A DNA stretch of 64,000 nt from Basidiobolus meristosporus CBS 931.73 (lineage: Eukaryota; Fungi; Basidiobolomycota), in the NCBI GenBank assembly GCA_002104905.1, contig MCFE01000072.1, positions 121,202-185,201 of the forward strand. The letters are read 5' to 3'. The position numbers and the translations under genes were made by a program. This document shows, in pieces, positions 13,171-28,577 of the stretch (within the stretch, counting starts at the first letter, position 1; every line of letters begins with the position of its first letter). The notes below the pieces were generated by a model, which saw only the letters and a list, made by a program, of their open reading frames with translations, ran no database searches and was not told the origin of the DNA.

Positions 13171-14290
13171 TTGGAAGTGATTTGGGAGAACAAGTAGATT
13201 ATGTGGTTTTCACTTAATGATTTATTGAATGTATAAGTAGTATTTATACTTTTTCATGATCTTGGCATAACAAGCACATAGAATAGGTTAAGGAAGGTTT
13301 GAAGAACATGTGTGCAAAGTTTGGGGCTGTTTGCACAACTTTGAGAATTTTCATGTTCTGGGTACCTGGTATTTTGGTGAAAATACTACAAGTAAATCCC
13401 AACAAGGAATTTGGGCAGTATTCTCTAGGATATGAAGGTAATGATCTAAGTGACTAAGTTAGGTGAATATTTAGGTGGAAATACAAATTTTTACAACAGT
13501 TAAAGGCTCTTTGTTCTTTCTTCTGGTACTTTAAAGCTTCCTCTTCAATGTTTGGATGAGGGTGCTATTGTCCCTTGACAATATCCCAAAGGCCTCTTTC
13601 TTGTAGCAGCATCTTCATCTTCACCTTCTACACTTGGTAGTTGGATCCATCCAACCTTCCAGCAGAGGGGAACATTCTAGTAATAGCAGTAGTAGAAATT
13701 GCCAAGAATAACAGCTTGGGGCTCATAACCTATTGTAATAGTCTTGGAGTTATTGGAAGTGATTGGGAGAATGAGTAGATTATGTTGTTTTCACTTAATG
13801 ATTTATGGCATACAAAAGTAGTATTTATACTTCTACATGGTCTTGGCAAGATAAGCACATAGAATAGGCCTGGGTAGGTCCCAAGAGCATGTGTGCAAAG
13901 TTTGCAGTTGTTTGGATGACTTGTCTAACTTTTGTATTCTGGGTACCTGATATTAGTTGTAAGAGTCTTGGAGATTTTGGAAATGATTGGGAGGACAAGT
14001 AGATTATGTGGTTTTCACTTAATGATTTATTAAATGTAAAAGTAATATTTATACTTTTACATGGTCTTGGTACAACAAGCATGTAGAGTAGGCTAAGGAA
14101 GGTTCCAAGAGCATGTGTCCAAAGTTTGGGGCTGTTTGCACAACTTTGAGAATTTTCACATTCTGGGTAACTATTCTAAGTAAATCCCAACAAGGAATTT
14201 GGTCAGTATTCTCTAGTATTTGAAGGTAATGATCTAAGGGACTAAGTTGGGTGAACATTTAGGTGGAATTGCAAATTTTTACAACAACAT
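13171..14290 (+). repeat. Three copies of a dispersed ~330 bp repeat (13171-13497, 13753-13955 partial, 13977-14290)
   Basis: Shared TTGGAA(G/A)TGATT(T)GGGAG...GTAGATTATGT.GTTTTCACTTAATGATTTAT...CAAAGTTTG, with AAATCCCAACAAGGAATTTGG further on in copies 1 and 3. Confidence 0.85.
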
Positions 14291-15781
14291 TCTGGTGATA
14301 AGTGACCAAGTTAGCTGAATATTTAGGTGGAATTGCAAAGTTTTAGTGTAATTACACAAATAATCAGAGTATTGGCTGGTTAGGTTCTGTCAAATACATG
14401 TAGGCTACATTAGGACTGCTTTAATGCCATATAAACCCTGCAATAAGGCTGTCAAAACACCATCAAGTTTTGTACTATATTTGGCAGCCAAGGCAGCAAA
14501 GCACCATCATGGTCCCACTATGACATTGTGAAGAGGGTCAACAATTCTAAGCTGCGGGCATTACTACAGCCTCGTTGCAGGATCCTGATGGTAGATCCAG
14601 ATTGGATCCAACCACAGGACCAAAATATTTTTCATAGGGATTAACAGCACTTTTGCATTCACCCAATCATTAAGTGAAAACTGTGTAATCCACTTGTTCC
14701 CCCAATCTCATCTAATATCTTCAAAACTCTTACAAAATGGACTAGATTAAGAATCTTGGTCACTGCTGTATTTGACTTTAACATCAATCCTATATAAGCT
14801 AAATCAAAAGTCACTAGTTGCTAATCTAGTATCTGGTTAAGCAGAAATATTGGGTGCCAGGGCAATACAGGTGTTAAACTAGATAGGGCTAACAAAAGGT
14901 ACAATGCGGATTTTTAAGAGCCCCAAACACTCGATGATTATTAGAGCATATTTAGGCTCAAAGCTTATACTGCTTTGACACATTTGAAAGAGTATAAACC
15001 ATGCTGCGTGCGATATGATTTGCAATTGGTAGAAGCAAACCCAAGCATCATTGTGATTTGATCAAGAATTGTGGTATAGATAGTATGAAGGAGATCGAAC
15101 TCGACCTGAACTAGTAACAAATAAACGAGCATTGAAATTGTGTAATACGAGCATTTAGATGTAAATCCTGGAGCGAAATAGGATAATTTTGGGCTGATCT
15201 ACTCTACTCGCAATCAACGAAGAGAAGCTTCTATATGCGATTGACATGGGGGAATTGGGGCGCAATACGGATTTCACACGCTCTCTACTTGAAGCAGAAA
15301 GGCAGTCACGTATGACTTCTGGGCGATGGAGTGATCTCTCTACATTGATGGGTGGGGCACTCTAGTAGTACGTTGTATTCATCAAACATAATGAGCTGAA
15401 CGATTGTGCCGTCTAGCCAAGAGCGAAATCCGATGATAACTAGGGATCGGCATTCATCACTGACGTCTGTGGCATTACCAAAAGCGGGTAGTCGAACTTA
15501 ATAAACGGTGGATGTTACGATGTGGGACTGGATATGGAATAACCTGATGACGCAGTTCTTCCAGATCCATTGTCTTTCGAGCAAACAGGTGAATCATAGA
15601 GCTAATTAGACTGGCAGCAGGCTGTGGATCATTGGAATTTTGAATACCAAAAGCAAGGTGCACAGCGTACCTTGGGCATCCATCGTTTTTTTTCCTGATC
15701 CAATTTTATGACTGGTGGACACCGCATATAAAGATCACGCGTGGTGCGTCTTGATGCAAGATAAACTCTCTTCAACCCAAT

Positions 15782-18073
<2,292 letters not shown>

Positions 18074-18517
18074 AGAAACAGGTAGTGCGAAGAGATGGAT
18101 GCCCGAAAAACGCCTAGCCACCATCCCCCCCCGAAAAAAAATCACTGGTAAAGGTGAGATCTGCCCGTACTTCTTCATCTGTACATAGATCGGACTTTTC
18201 CCATTCCAACCTACCCATAACCCATGCATTCAGTGCTCTTCTTGTACAAACCAAACCGCGATATAAGGATATTTTTGAATTGCAACTAATCACACAAACG
18301 TCGAAGTTGATGTAATTTATGTAGTAACTGGAATAAAATACGGTTCATGCCGAGTGTTAGTACGTCATGGGGGCCGGGTCGAGGGTGAGGGTGAGGACGA
18401 GGATGAGGACGAGATTCATGAATAAAAAATTTGTCTCCCGAAATCTATTTATCCAACCACCATACTGAAACCAGTCCTACGCTTCAGTAATCATACGATA
18501 AGCTACCACCGCCCAAC

Positions 18518-19751
18518 ATGAACCAGTGCACGAAGAGATTATTGGTCGTTGGTGGGACCGGCTTCTTAGGTGGGGTTCAGTATTAGCTACGGTGACCAAA
18601 CGCTTTCCTCAAGTGAGACTCACGACGGTTGACTTGACTGAATTGCATAGGCCTAAATATCTGCCGTTCCGCCACCCTTAGGGGCTGGAAAGTGACCAGT
18701 TTGAGGTGGGTTTCTGTTTCGTCTCGAGAGTCGGCAGCCTCGCAAGCCACTAAGCCCGCTTGGTATCTTTAGTCGCAGCGGAAAGCTCAAGCAGGAGAAG
18801 GAAGAGCCGACGCCCGAATGGGTCAGCAAGGTGAGAGGTTTCGGCTCGCCCCATTCCCCGCACCAGCTCGGTGACCAACGTTTCTCCGACAGGTAGATTG
18901 GGCTCAAGGGGATTCCCTTCAACCCGAGAGCTACAGGGACCTCTTGAAGGATTGCACCAGTGTGGTTCACACGGTTGGTATCCTGATGGAGAACAATTAC
19001 AAGAACATCGTCCGAAGCAACAACCCACTCGCCGCCTTGATGAACAACCTGGTCGACTGTAACAAGCAAGAGGCGAACCCATTCAAGCGCTCTAGCACAC
19101 CCACCCGACAGAGCACCTCTCCCGACACCAACACCTACGAGCGAATGAACCGGGACACAGGTACGTTCTCTCCCCCTCTTCTCGACCTCTAGTCGCAGTG
19201 TTCCGTCGCCCTTGCTGACCCCCTCTAACCGCCTAGCTGTCATGCTTGCCAACGAGGCAGCCATGCACGACAACATCCAAACGTTCGCCTACATCTCGGC
19301 CGCCGATGTCTTCCCCTTCATCGACAAGAGATACATCTCCACCAAACGGGACGCCGAAGCGGAGATCCAGGCACACCCGGAGTTTCGATCGATCATCCTC
19401 CGACCTGGTAAGTAGATCCAGCACGATAGGCGAGCACTTCCTGTCAAGGACCCCTCCTTTCTCCTGAACCTGAACCTGAACCTGACCCCGATCCTCTGAC
19501 CACCAGGATTCATGTACTCCGATCACCGACCATTCACTGTCCCATTCGCGGGCGCGTTGGGTTTGTTTGGTCAATTCACGAAGAACCTCCGAGAGGACGT
19601 GGACTACGGCCTGCTCACCTCCCACCTGAAGAAGCTGGGGACCAGCCCGCTGCGTGTGGAGACTGTCTCCGAGGCGGTAGTGACCGCGTTGGAGAGACCT
19701 ACGGTGAAGGGGGTGTTGAATGTACCCGAGATCCTCGAACTCTCCCAATGA
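18518..19751 (+). CDS. COQ11: Atypical SDR NAD(P)-binding protein, Coq11 (YLR290C)/NDUFA9-like, multi-exon
   Basis: Spliced translation: LLVVGGTGFLG.NICRSA...SR.G...W..GD.LQPESY...VVHTVGIL...YE.MNRD...YISAAD...RYISTKR.AE...ILRPGFMY. Confidence 0.75.
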
Positions 19752-19923
19752 ATAGAATAAAAGCAGCATCCAAGCATGGATCGGATTGGATTGAACTGGC
19801 TAAGATATGGACACACAGATAGCGTGTGGGACGGTGGCGTGATGGTCAAGGTCAAGGTCAAGGTCAAGGGTTAAGGTTACGAATATGAATGGATATGATT
19901 TATTCCAGATTGAATCACAAAAT

Positions 19924-22900
19924 TTACATCAACGTGCCAACGCCAGCGCTTTGGAGGTAACTACTAAGGGCACTCATCGAATCCTTGGGCAGTCCCTGTT
20001 GGATCGCGGTGGAGATTCGATTGGGGTTGGCTTGACAAACGGTGGCCAGGCATTGGCTGAGGTAGGCCTTGGGGTCTTGGATGTGGGATGCGGGGTCGTA
20101 GGTCATTTGCTTCGATGTGGCAAGGCGGGAGAAAGAGGCCTGGTAGCCGGTCTCCTCGAGATCGATCGCGTAGAGCTCCTCGTTCTCGTCCCCAGCCACC
20201 TCTTGGGGCGATTGCAGGATCTGGATGATCACGTCCAACACGATGGTCCATTGGCTGAAGTAGGGATCCTTCAGCATGGCGGTGGACTGGGTGAGCAGAC
20301 GGATCATCGCCACCGCGGCTACCTTGCGCTCCACCAACCCGTGGATGGTCTGGGTCTCGGGGACGACGAAGGACTTGACGATCTCGAAGAAGAGGCCGGG
20401 CTGGATGGAGTCGAAGAGCTCGAAGATCGAGTTGGCCGAGCCTTGTGGGTCCACCACCACGATGTAGGAGCAGATGAAGTACACGAATCCCTTGGTGAAC
20501 TTGGGGGTTCTGCTGCTTTGGAGACGGGTCAACAGCAGGGTGATCACCGCCTTCAGGTAGGGGTTCAAGGTGGCGATGGGGACGTTGCGGACAAGGGCGT
20601 TGAGGATGTCGAACCCGTGGGTGTCATTGAGTTTCGAGGCGATCAGCTTCTGGAAGATTCCCAGAATGGGGGTCAGCTGGTTCTGCTCCACGATGAACTT
20701 GGCGCCCTTGTTGAGGTACGATTGGATCAACCGGGACAGCGCAGGGATGTTTCCTTGCTGCTCCCACAATGTGGGCTGCAACAAAGGAGTGAGCATGGAT
20801 TGGTAGGAGGCGGGGAGCTCCGATTCCTGGTGGGTTTCCAGCATTTGGGACAACAGCTGGAATACGTATGGGGTGAACTCGGTGACGTCCTGCTGCAAGA
20901 TACCCTGGAATGGAGTGAAGAGCAACGACTCGAAGTCTCCGATGGCTGCTGGGTTGGCACTGCAGGTGAATCGGATCAATGCGCCAACCGATTCGAAGAC
21001 GTAGTGGTTGAAGCGGGGGTTGCTGGGGTTTCTGCTGATGACGCTCAAGATGTTGGTCAGCTTGTTGAGAACAACACTGACGTAGGGAACGATCTCCTCA
21101 CGGCTAATCAAGATCACTCTCATCACTGCCTTCATGAGGTGATCGTTCTCGGCCAGCTTCTCGGGTGTGGCTCCCTGCTCAATTAGCTTGAACAGGTTGG
21201 TCAAGATACCCTCCACGTAAGGCTGGATATCCTTGGCGTTGAAGAGAATGGCGCGTTCTTTCTTCATGAAAAGAATACGCTCCAAGCAGATGGATGCGTA
21301 GGTATACACGACATAGTTGTCAGAGCCCAAGTGGGTGACCAGCAGAGGGAAGCAGTTGACCAGGTCATTCTTGTTCATCTGGTTTCTGAAGGTGTACAGG
21401 TATTTGAGGGCGTCTACCTTGAGAATAGGGTGGACGGAGCCAAATGGTGCTTGGAGATCCTTGAGCACGTTGTTGGCGAAGAATTCCACAACGTTGATGA
21501 AGTCATTGGTCTTGGTGACACCGTGCTGAGTGCTTGCGTTCTTCGAAGCGATGGAGATCAGAAGATAGACGGCGGTGTCTTTGTCTTTCCAGTTGGCGGT
21601 GGGGTTGGCGTTATAGTTTTGAAGGTAGTGTGAGATGTAGTTGGACATGGTGGAGGTGATTTCACTCTCGAATTGCTCCAAGAGACCACGCACGAGATCG
21701 GATGCAGCACGACGACGGGTGTCGTTGTCTGAACCCTCAAGATCTCTACGGATGAACTCGTTTGGATCATCCTCGAAGAGCTCTTCATCGGAGGTACGAA
21801 GGGACATGTTGGGAAGAATGATCTTCTCACACATGTTCTTGAGTGTATCGCCAACCAGGAATAGATTTCTGTGTCTTTGGAGCTTGGCGATGGTAGTGAT
21901 CACGGAGATGGCCTTGCTGACAAGTAGATCATTCTTAGGGTCCAAGTTGGTGACGGTGAGAAGGGACCATACGGTCTCGACGAACTTGGGAAGCATGGGG
22001 AAGTCTTCCTCGTATCTTTGAGCGTAGAGCTCAACGCTCTCGCATATGCTGGCCTTGATTTTCTCCAGTGGTCCGGCCTCATCTTCATCGTCAGATTCCA
22101 ACAGTGGGTTGGTGTAGGTTAAATATTTGTGGAGAAGACCCATGAATTCAGACATGTGGTCTTCAAAGAACACTGGCAAATCTTGGCAATTGAGACTGTA
22201 GAAGATCTTCACCAACAACAACATGGTTTGTGCAAGGACCTTGAGGGCTTCGCCGTTGTTGGCATTGCTTTCTATCATAGCATCGGTAGCCTGAAGGGAA
22301 TAGGTTTAGAGTGGAGCGAAGATGTGCATACAGCAAACGGGATCTTACTTTGAAGAGCTGGAGATAAGGCTCGCAGAATTGGTCCAAGACGAACTTGATC
22401 TCAGTGAAGAGTTCGTTGGAACGGAATTGAGATCTCCATCTGTATGATATCAACAGCGTTAGCATTCAAGTGGCCTGATGATATCGGTAGCTAACTACCA
22501 GCCGGACTTACCTCTTGAAGATTGAATGAGCAGTTTGTAAAACACCGTTGTTTACGCTGTAATCATTAGGGCTGAGTTTTGAGACCAATTCCTATAGAGA
22601 ACGACCGCCTTAGTATATTGTCCTGTAAGGGCCATAGTCCAATAAGCAGTACCGGAATCAAGTTGTTCCATTTCTCAGGGAAATCACTGTCGGCGATAAT
22701 TGACAAAGCTTCGCTAAGCTGAATCTGAAGTTTGGCAGGAACGCTGATCATCAAGCCAACAATACGGGTTTTGATGGCGGTTCTATCGGCTTCATTTATG
22801 GTAACATTGTCCCCATCCTGGAAATGGAAACCTTCGTTAATCGAAACCAACGAGCTGGCCAAGGTTGGTCCAACGTTACCTGCTCCCAATTGCGCTTGAC

Positions 22901-23169
22901 GAAGTTTTTGAATAGAAGAGCAGCAGCGAAACGCACACTAGGATCAGCGGCCTGGTTTTCCACCAAAGCTAGTAGCAATATGGAGAAGTTTGGGTTCTTC
23001 TCAACCGAATATAAGTATTGTTCGGCTACAACGTGCGAGAAAAAGCTTTAGCATGAGGGTAACCAAGAGCGAACCACGCACGGGAAATACCTTGTCTTCT
23101 AGTGTTGGGGTCGAGGGTCTGTTTGAGGTATTCGGAAAGAGCGTTGAGGTTTTGTTCGTTGACTTCCAT
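19924..23169 (-). CDS. CSE1: Exportin-2 / importin-alpha re-exporter, spliced at the 5' end
   Basis: MEVNEQNLNALSEYLKQTLDP, ALLFKNFVKRNW, SDFPEKW, ELFEDDPNEFIRRDLEGSDNDTRRRAASDLVRGL, CAS C-terminal region. Confidence 0.96.
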
Positions 23170-23592
23170 TTCGTTAAATTAGGGGATAAATTGATAGTAT
23201 GGTATGTAATAATGAGAATGGTAGAGGGAGTTGCTACCAACAAATCGCAGAGAAATTGTAGGAACGTCACCGAAAAAAAACTTACGTATATAAAATATAA
23301 ACACACACCTCAAAACAATAATAACCTCCCCTGTTGCATCGAATTTTTTGTATTTACCATTTACCCTGCAATACGAACCTGACCCCAATCAATTGAATCA
23401 ATGCTACACATCGTTTGATGTCCATGATTTTTAGTTTTCTCATCAGTCAGCAAACATTTAATTGCCATTCTATTCTAGATTCTAAGCTTGATCAACTTAA
23501 TCATAGATGGTTTACCAAGAGGGATTTTATTAACTTAATTTACAGAGCAAACCCCTTGGGTTTATATGAATGACTGGATAGGATGATATGAT

Positions 23593-24939
23593 CTAGGCGG
23601 AGGCTTCAATCTTGGCCTCGTTTTCGTCAGTATTGTTGGTATCCTTGATACCACCGACAAGAATGTAGGTGAAGGGGATGGAGAATGCAAACAATGCCCA
23701 GTTGAGGATCATTTGGGTCAAGAAAGCCGTTCCAATTGCGTCAATTCTCCATGAGATGGCGCCTCCAATCGACTGGATGGCCTTGGCATATCCTGCATAC
23801 TGGGCAAGAACAGTGGAGTCGTTGGAGAGTGACCCGAGGATCCAGAACACAAGTGTTTGGCACAAGGCGTCGCAAAGACCGAACAGCACATACAACAGCC
23901 ACTTGGGCCAGAATGCTCCGGGTGTGTCGATGAAGTCGAGGTCACGAGGGTGGTCCTCACGAGTGTATTGCAATTGCAAGGCCAAGCATCCTCCCCACAC
24001 GGCCATGCAGATGGTGCTGACTGCGGTCAACGCATACAGTCCCTTGGTCTTACGGTCATATCGGGGGGTATCCAGGAAGCGGCCAAGAGCGTAGGCGCCG
24101 AGCATCTCAAAGGCCCAGTAGAACACGTTGTTCCACGAGCGAGAGCGAACACTGAACAGAACGCCGTTGATGGCTCCGAACTCATAGGAGTAGTAGAAGG
24201 TCACGCAGAACAGGAATGGGGTGATCAGCAGAATCTGCTTGTGGGTGAACACCTTGAAGGTTCCGATCACCTCCTTCATGATGTTGGTGTCGAACTTCTT
24301 GACTGGGACCTTGGACCCATCGTCACGGACCACCTTGGATGGTGGGAGCAACAGCCAACTGATGGCCGCTCCGACAATCATGATTCCCAGGAATGCAGCA
24401 TATGTGCCATCACTCACCGCGCCAGCGTTGGAGTTGAAGTTCATGCCGAATGGAATGAAGCCACCTAGCACACCTCCGAGGTTGAACACGATGAAGAAGA
24501 GTCCGACCGCCTTGCCCTTCTGTCCCTCGGACGGGTACGACATCATGATCACACCTTGGGCTGTCCACAGACAAGCGGCACCAAGACCCAACACTGCACT
24601 GGCTCCGATGACGAATGCCTTGTTGTGAGTGTGATTGTAGTTGAGGAGAGAGCCAGAGTAGAGAGCATAGCAAAGGCCACCGATGCACAAGGTGAGACGG
24701 ACACCGAGGAAGTTGTACATGGCTCCACCGAAGAAGCCAAACACGGCGAAGGCTGCATACAAGGCGACGTTACCGTCCTTGGCGGTACTATCGTCCATCT
24801 GGCCACCGGCTCCCATGCCGTTGATGACGTTGTACATGCCGGGGCAGCAGAAGCAGACCATTCCTACAAGGAAGACCTGGAAGATTGGATCATTGTAGCG
24901 GATGCGCCCGAAAAGCTTAATGTTAGAAAAGTCTTTCAT
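23593..24939 (-). CDS. UNC-93/DUF895 MFS transporter (Ngt1/NOPE1-like), copy 1, intronless, 448 aa from MKDFSNIK
   Basis: RYNDP.FQV.LVG.VCFCCPGMYN...G.GAGGQ, ALYA.FAVFGF.GG, AACLWTAQG...SYP.E..KG, about 12 hydrophobic segments. The ATG shared with the other copies is at 24939. Confidence 0.9.
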   Translation of the reverse strand: MKDFSNIKLFGRIRYNDPIFQVFLVGMVCFCCPGMYNVINGMGAGGQMDDSTAKDGNVALYAAFAVFGFFGGAMYNFLGVRLTLCIGGLCYALYSGSLLNYNHTHNKAFVIGASAVLGLGAACLWTAQGVIMMSYPSEGQKGKAVGLFFIVFNLGGVLGGFIPFGMNFNSNAGAVSDGTYAAFLGIMIVGAAISWLLLPPSKVVRDDGSKVPVKKFDTNIMKEVIGTFKVFTHKQILLITPFLFCVTFYYSYEFGAINGVLFSVRSRSWNNVFYWAFEMLGAYALGRFLDTPRYDRKTKGLYALTAVSTICMAVWGGCLALQLQYTREDHPRDLDFIDTPGAFWPKWLLYVLFGLCDALCQTLVFWILGSLSNDSTVLAQYAGYAKAIQSIGGAISWRIDAIGTAFLTQMILNWALFAFSIPFTYILVGGIKDTNNTDENEAKIEASA

Positions 24940-25862
24940 GACAGAAAGAAGAATGGGAAGAACTTGATGCTCAGCAGACGCGGGAAGGGGACATTTTATA
25001 CAGTATTTTTTTTTCACCGTTGTTATCAGCTTCTAGTACTCGGACATCATCACTCCACTAGGCAATTCTTAATATATCTCTTCCCTAATATAACGGCGTT
25101 TTGCGGAGCTTATGCGTATGGTAATGGTAGCAATCAATCATCTTGCCTTTCAGATATTCCAAGACTTACTTTAGACACATGATCCCCTATATCTAGTAGA
25201 GTGTGTAACCTCATCAGTGTTCCTTCACCAAACCTATACACCTGCGATAGTCGCTTTATTCAAAAATATTATCCGCCATTGGCCTTCCAAACCCAAGCAG
25301 TACTGGATTCCAATTGGAGTTTCCATTTATGGTGCGATTGGTTATCTGTTAGCCAGTGCTGTGGAGCTTTATCATGAATAAGTCTATGGATCAAGTCTGT
25401 GTAACCGTACACACCCGCTCATTTTCGGGCTATATCGTTCGGGATCCACCCTGTTGCCTTGAACACATCACTGAAATCCACACTTTTCCCGCTTTGTTTC
25501 CCTCACCTTTCCTCTAAATCGGACAAATCCCCTAGTGGCTTTTTCCGATGGTAGTTGCGACAACGTGATTTCCTTTGAACACCCGCTTCGCTTCTTATCC
25601 CCTTGAGCCTCATAGCGGAGTTTACTTATTCGGAAGGGATCACAAACCCATCTGATTCGTTCCCTAAAGTCAACGTATCGTGATTGTTGGGATGGATTTT
25701 CACTTTTGGCATTGGGCTGAAATGGAAATTTCCTTGATATTTATTGTGGTTTGTTAGTAGTTTATTGATCTGGGTGGAAAATTAATGTACATCAGCAGTG
25801 TTTCCTGACCATTTCTAATTGAATATTGTCAGCATTGATTAGTGCGATAGTGATCTCTAGGA

Positions 25863-27209
25863 CTAGGCGGCTGCCTCGATCTTGTCTTCACTTTCCTCAG
25901 TGTTGTTGGTATCCTTGATACCACCGACAAGAATGTACGTGAAGGGGATGGAGAATGCAAACAATGCCCAGTTGAGGATCATTTGGGTCAAGAAAGCCGT
26001 TCCAATTGCGTCAATTCTCCATGAGATGGCGCCTCCAATCGACTGGATGGCCTTGGCATATCCTGCATACTGGGCAAGAACAGTGGAGTCGTTGGAGAGT
26101 GACCCGAGGATCCAGAACACAAGTGTTTGGCACAAGGCGTCGCAAAGACCGAACAACACATACAACAGCCACTTGGGCCAGAATGCTCCGGGTGTGTCGA
26201 TGAAGTCGAGGTCACGAGGGTGGTCCTCACGAGTGTATTGCAATTGCAAGGCCAAGCATCCTCCCCACACGGCCATGCAGATGGTGCTGACTGCGGTCAA
26301 CGCATACAGTCCCTTGGTCTTACGGTCATAACGAGGGGTATCCAGGAAGCGGCCAAGAGCGTAGGCGCCGAGCATCTCAAAGGCCCAGTAGAACACGTTG
26401 TTCCACGAGCGAGAGCGAACACTGAACAGAACGCCGTTGATGGCTCCGAACTCATAGGAGTAGTAGAAGGTCACGCAGAACAGGAATGGGGTGATCAGCA
26501 GAATCTGCTTGTGGGTGAACACCTTGAAGGTTCCGATCACCTCCTTCATGATGTTGGTGTCGAACTTCTTGACTGGGACCTTGGACCCATCGTCACGGAC
26601 CACCTTGGATGGTGGGAGCAACAGCCAACTGATGGCCGCTCCGACAATCATGATTCCCAGGAATGCAGCATATGTGCCATCACTCACCGCGCCAGCGTTG
26701 GAGTTGAAGTTCATGCCGAACGGAATGAAGCCACCTAGCACGCCTCCGAGGTTGAACACGATGAAGAAGAGTCCGACCGCCTTGCCCTTCTGTCCCTCGG
26801 ACGGGTACGACATCATGATCACACCTTGGGCTGTCCACAGACAAGCGGCACCAAGACCCAACACTGCACTGGCTCCGATGACGAATGCCTTGTTGTGGGT
26901 GTGATTGTAGTTGAGGAGTGAGCCAGAGTAGAGAGCATAGCAAAGGCCACCGATGCACAAGGTGAGACGAACACCGAGGAAGTTGTACATGGCTCCACCG
27001 AAGAAGCCAAACACGGCGAAGGCTGCATACAAGGCGACGTTACCGTCCTTGGCGGTACTATCGTCCATCTGGCCACCGGCGCCCATGCCGTTGATGACGT
27101 TGTACATGCCGGGGCAGCAGAAGCAGACCATTCCTACAAGGAAGACCTGGAAGATTGGGTCATTGTAGCGGATGCGCCCGAACAGCTTAATGTTAGAAAA
27201 GTCCTTCAT
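25863..27209 (-). CDS. UNC-93/DUF895 MFS transporter, copy 2
   Basis: The ORF is nearly identical to copy 1 and differs mainly in the last about 10 residues. Confidence 0.9.
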   Translation of the reverse strand: MKDFSNIKLFGRIRYNDPIFQVFLVGMVCFCCPGMYNVINGMGAGGQMDDSTAKDGNVALYAAFAVFGFFGGAMYNFLGVRLTLCIGGLCYALYSGSLLNYNHTHNKAFVIGASAVLGLGAACLWTAQGVIMMSYPSEGQKGKAVGLFFIVFNLGGVLGGFIPFGMNFNSNAGAVSDGTYAAFLGIMIVGAAISWLLLPPSKVVRDDGSKVPVKKFDTNIMKEVIGTFKVFTHKQILLITPFLFCVTFYYSYEFGAINGVLFSVRSRSWNNVFYWAFEMLGAYALGRFLDTPRYDRKTKGLYALTAVSTICMAVWGGCLALQLQYTREDHPRDLDFIDTPGAFWPKWLLYVLFGLCDALCQTLVFWILGSLSNDSTVLAQYAGYAKAIQSIGGAISWRIDAIGTAFLTQMILNWALFAFSIPFTYILVGGIKDTNNTEESEDKIEAAA

Positions 27210-28577
27210 TGCGAGAGATTGATGAATTCTGATATGATAGCGACGGAACTCCTGCGTTTATATACGGATGCGGTGCCATGAAGACTATTGATATCCAAAG
27301 TCTTTGCGTTACCTGAAAGACACAATCTTACTCAGGAGACTCTTCGGAGCAATCGTTTGTGGAGAATCTACGGAGCTAACTGTTTGAAGATTCCAGCAAA
27401 GCCCATATTTAGGACCTCTTTACGCATCAGTTACCATAGAGCAAGCACCATATTCGATCGGTACCGATATGATTGGTAGAGGGGTTGACAACGCACTTGA
27501 TCCTGGCGAGTTGGTAAGTATCCATGTCTCGATACTTGGTTAAACAAGATCTAGAACTGTTGGGAATGTATGGACATTAAAGCGGCATAATTCTACATGA
27601 AAATGAAGTCGTGTCTATGGAGTAAAGATACCTGACCCTCCGTATATGGCTATCCGAAGTCCACCTCGAAATAAAATGGGGAAGCGTGGAGCAAATGAAC
27701 ACACGCCTAGTGAAGTGATAGCACGGCTTGCGTTCTGGTATAAGCGCATCTAGGCATTCAGGAACACATCTCGATTCCCTAATACGCGTTACTTTTAATT
27801 CCAATAAGAATCGATTCCGAACGGGGTAGTGGTCAATCACATGTATAGCGGCTACTATTGGCTCTCCCCCATATGGAGAATTGTCGAATCGCTCATTTGT
27901 CATTGTAGTGCATGACCCATTTATAATATGTACACGGTTATAGATCAGAAGGTTAATGTCAATTGAATTTAATGTATCCCAAAAGAGATCCGGGAACTAG
28001 ATTCTGATCATTTAAAGCAAACAAGCGTATGTGTATACCAGATAGAGCAACTCCGCTCGTTATGCCTATTTTGGTAACACTGTTACCTTTACGAAAATCC
28101 TTTACACGGGCGTAGAATGTCATTTCCAAAATACCCAACTTGAGGTTGGCCTCTTCGTTTTTCTTATGGAATTAAAAGCTTTAAGAACCTGCCTTTTATG
28201 ATCAGCATAGCCAGGATAAATGTTTTTAGTGAAGCAACGACTGTTTGAGCCTTGGCGAGTGATCATCGCTAGAACGAATTTCCCAGGCCACAGTCTAATT
28301 CGATTTCTCAGAATCGTCCTACCAGATATCATCGTTCAAACACTTTGGGATACAAACATGCGCGTGAAATTCCTGTTGACCTCCTGGTTTTGACCTCTCA
28401 ACAAAATCCGCGTTGTCACATGAGAACTTTGTGCTTCATTGTAACGAACTATTTATTATGATTGTATGATTATTGTATACAAAATTTTGATGATATTTCT
28501 TCAGGAAACAGCTATTCTATGAAACTTAAGAACCGACCTTGACGAGGTCCCATCTTGTTTCGTTTTCGAATAGCAGG

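Noticed and set aside
18375-19875. Hexamer runs (GAGGGT/GAGGAC, CCTGAA, GGTCAA)
   Set aside because: Short microsatellites in intergenic or intronic DNA, with no further structure.
19885-21186. 433 aa plus-strand ORF
   Set aside because: Antisense shadow of CSE1 caused by codon bias.
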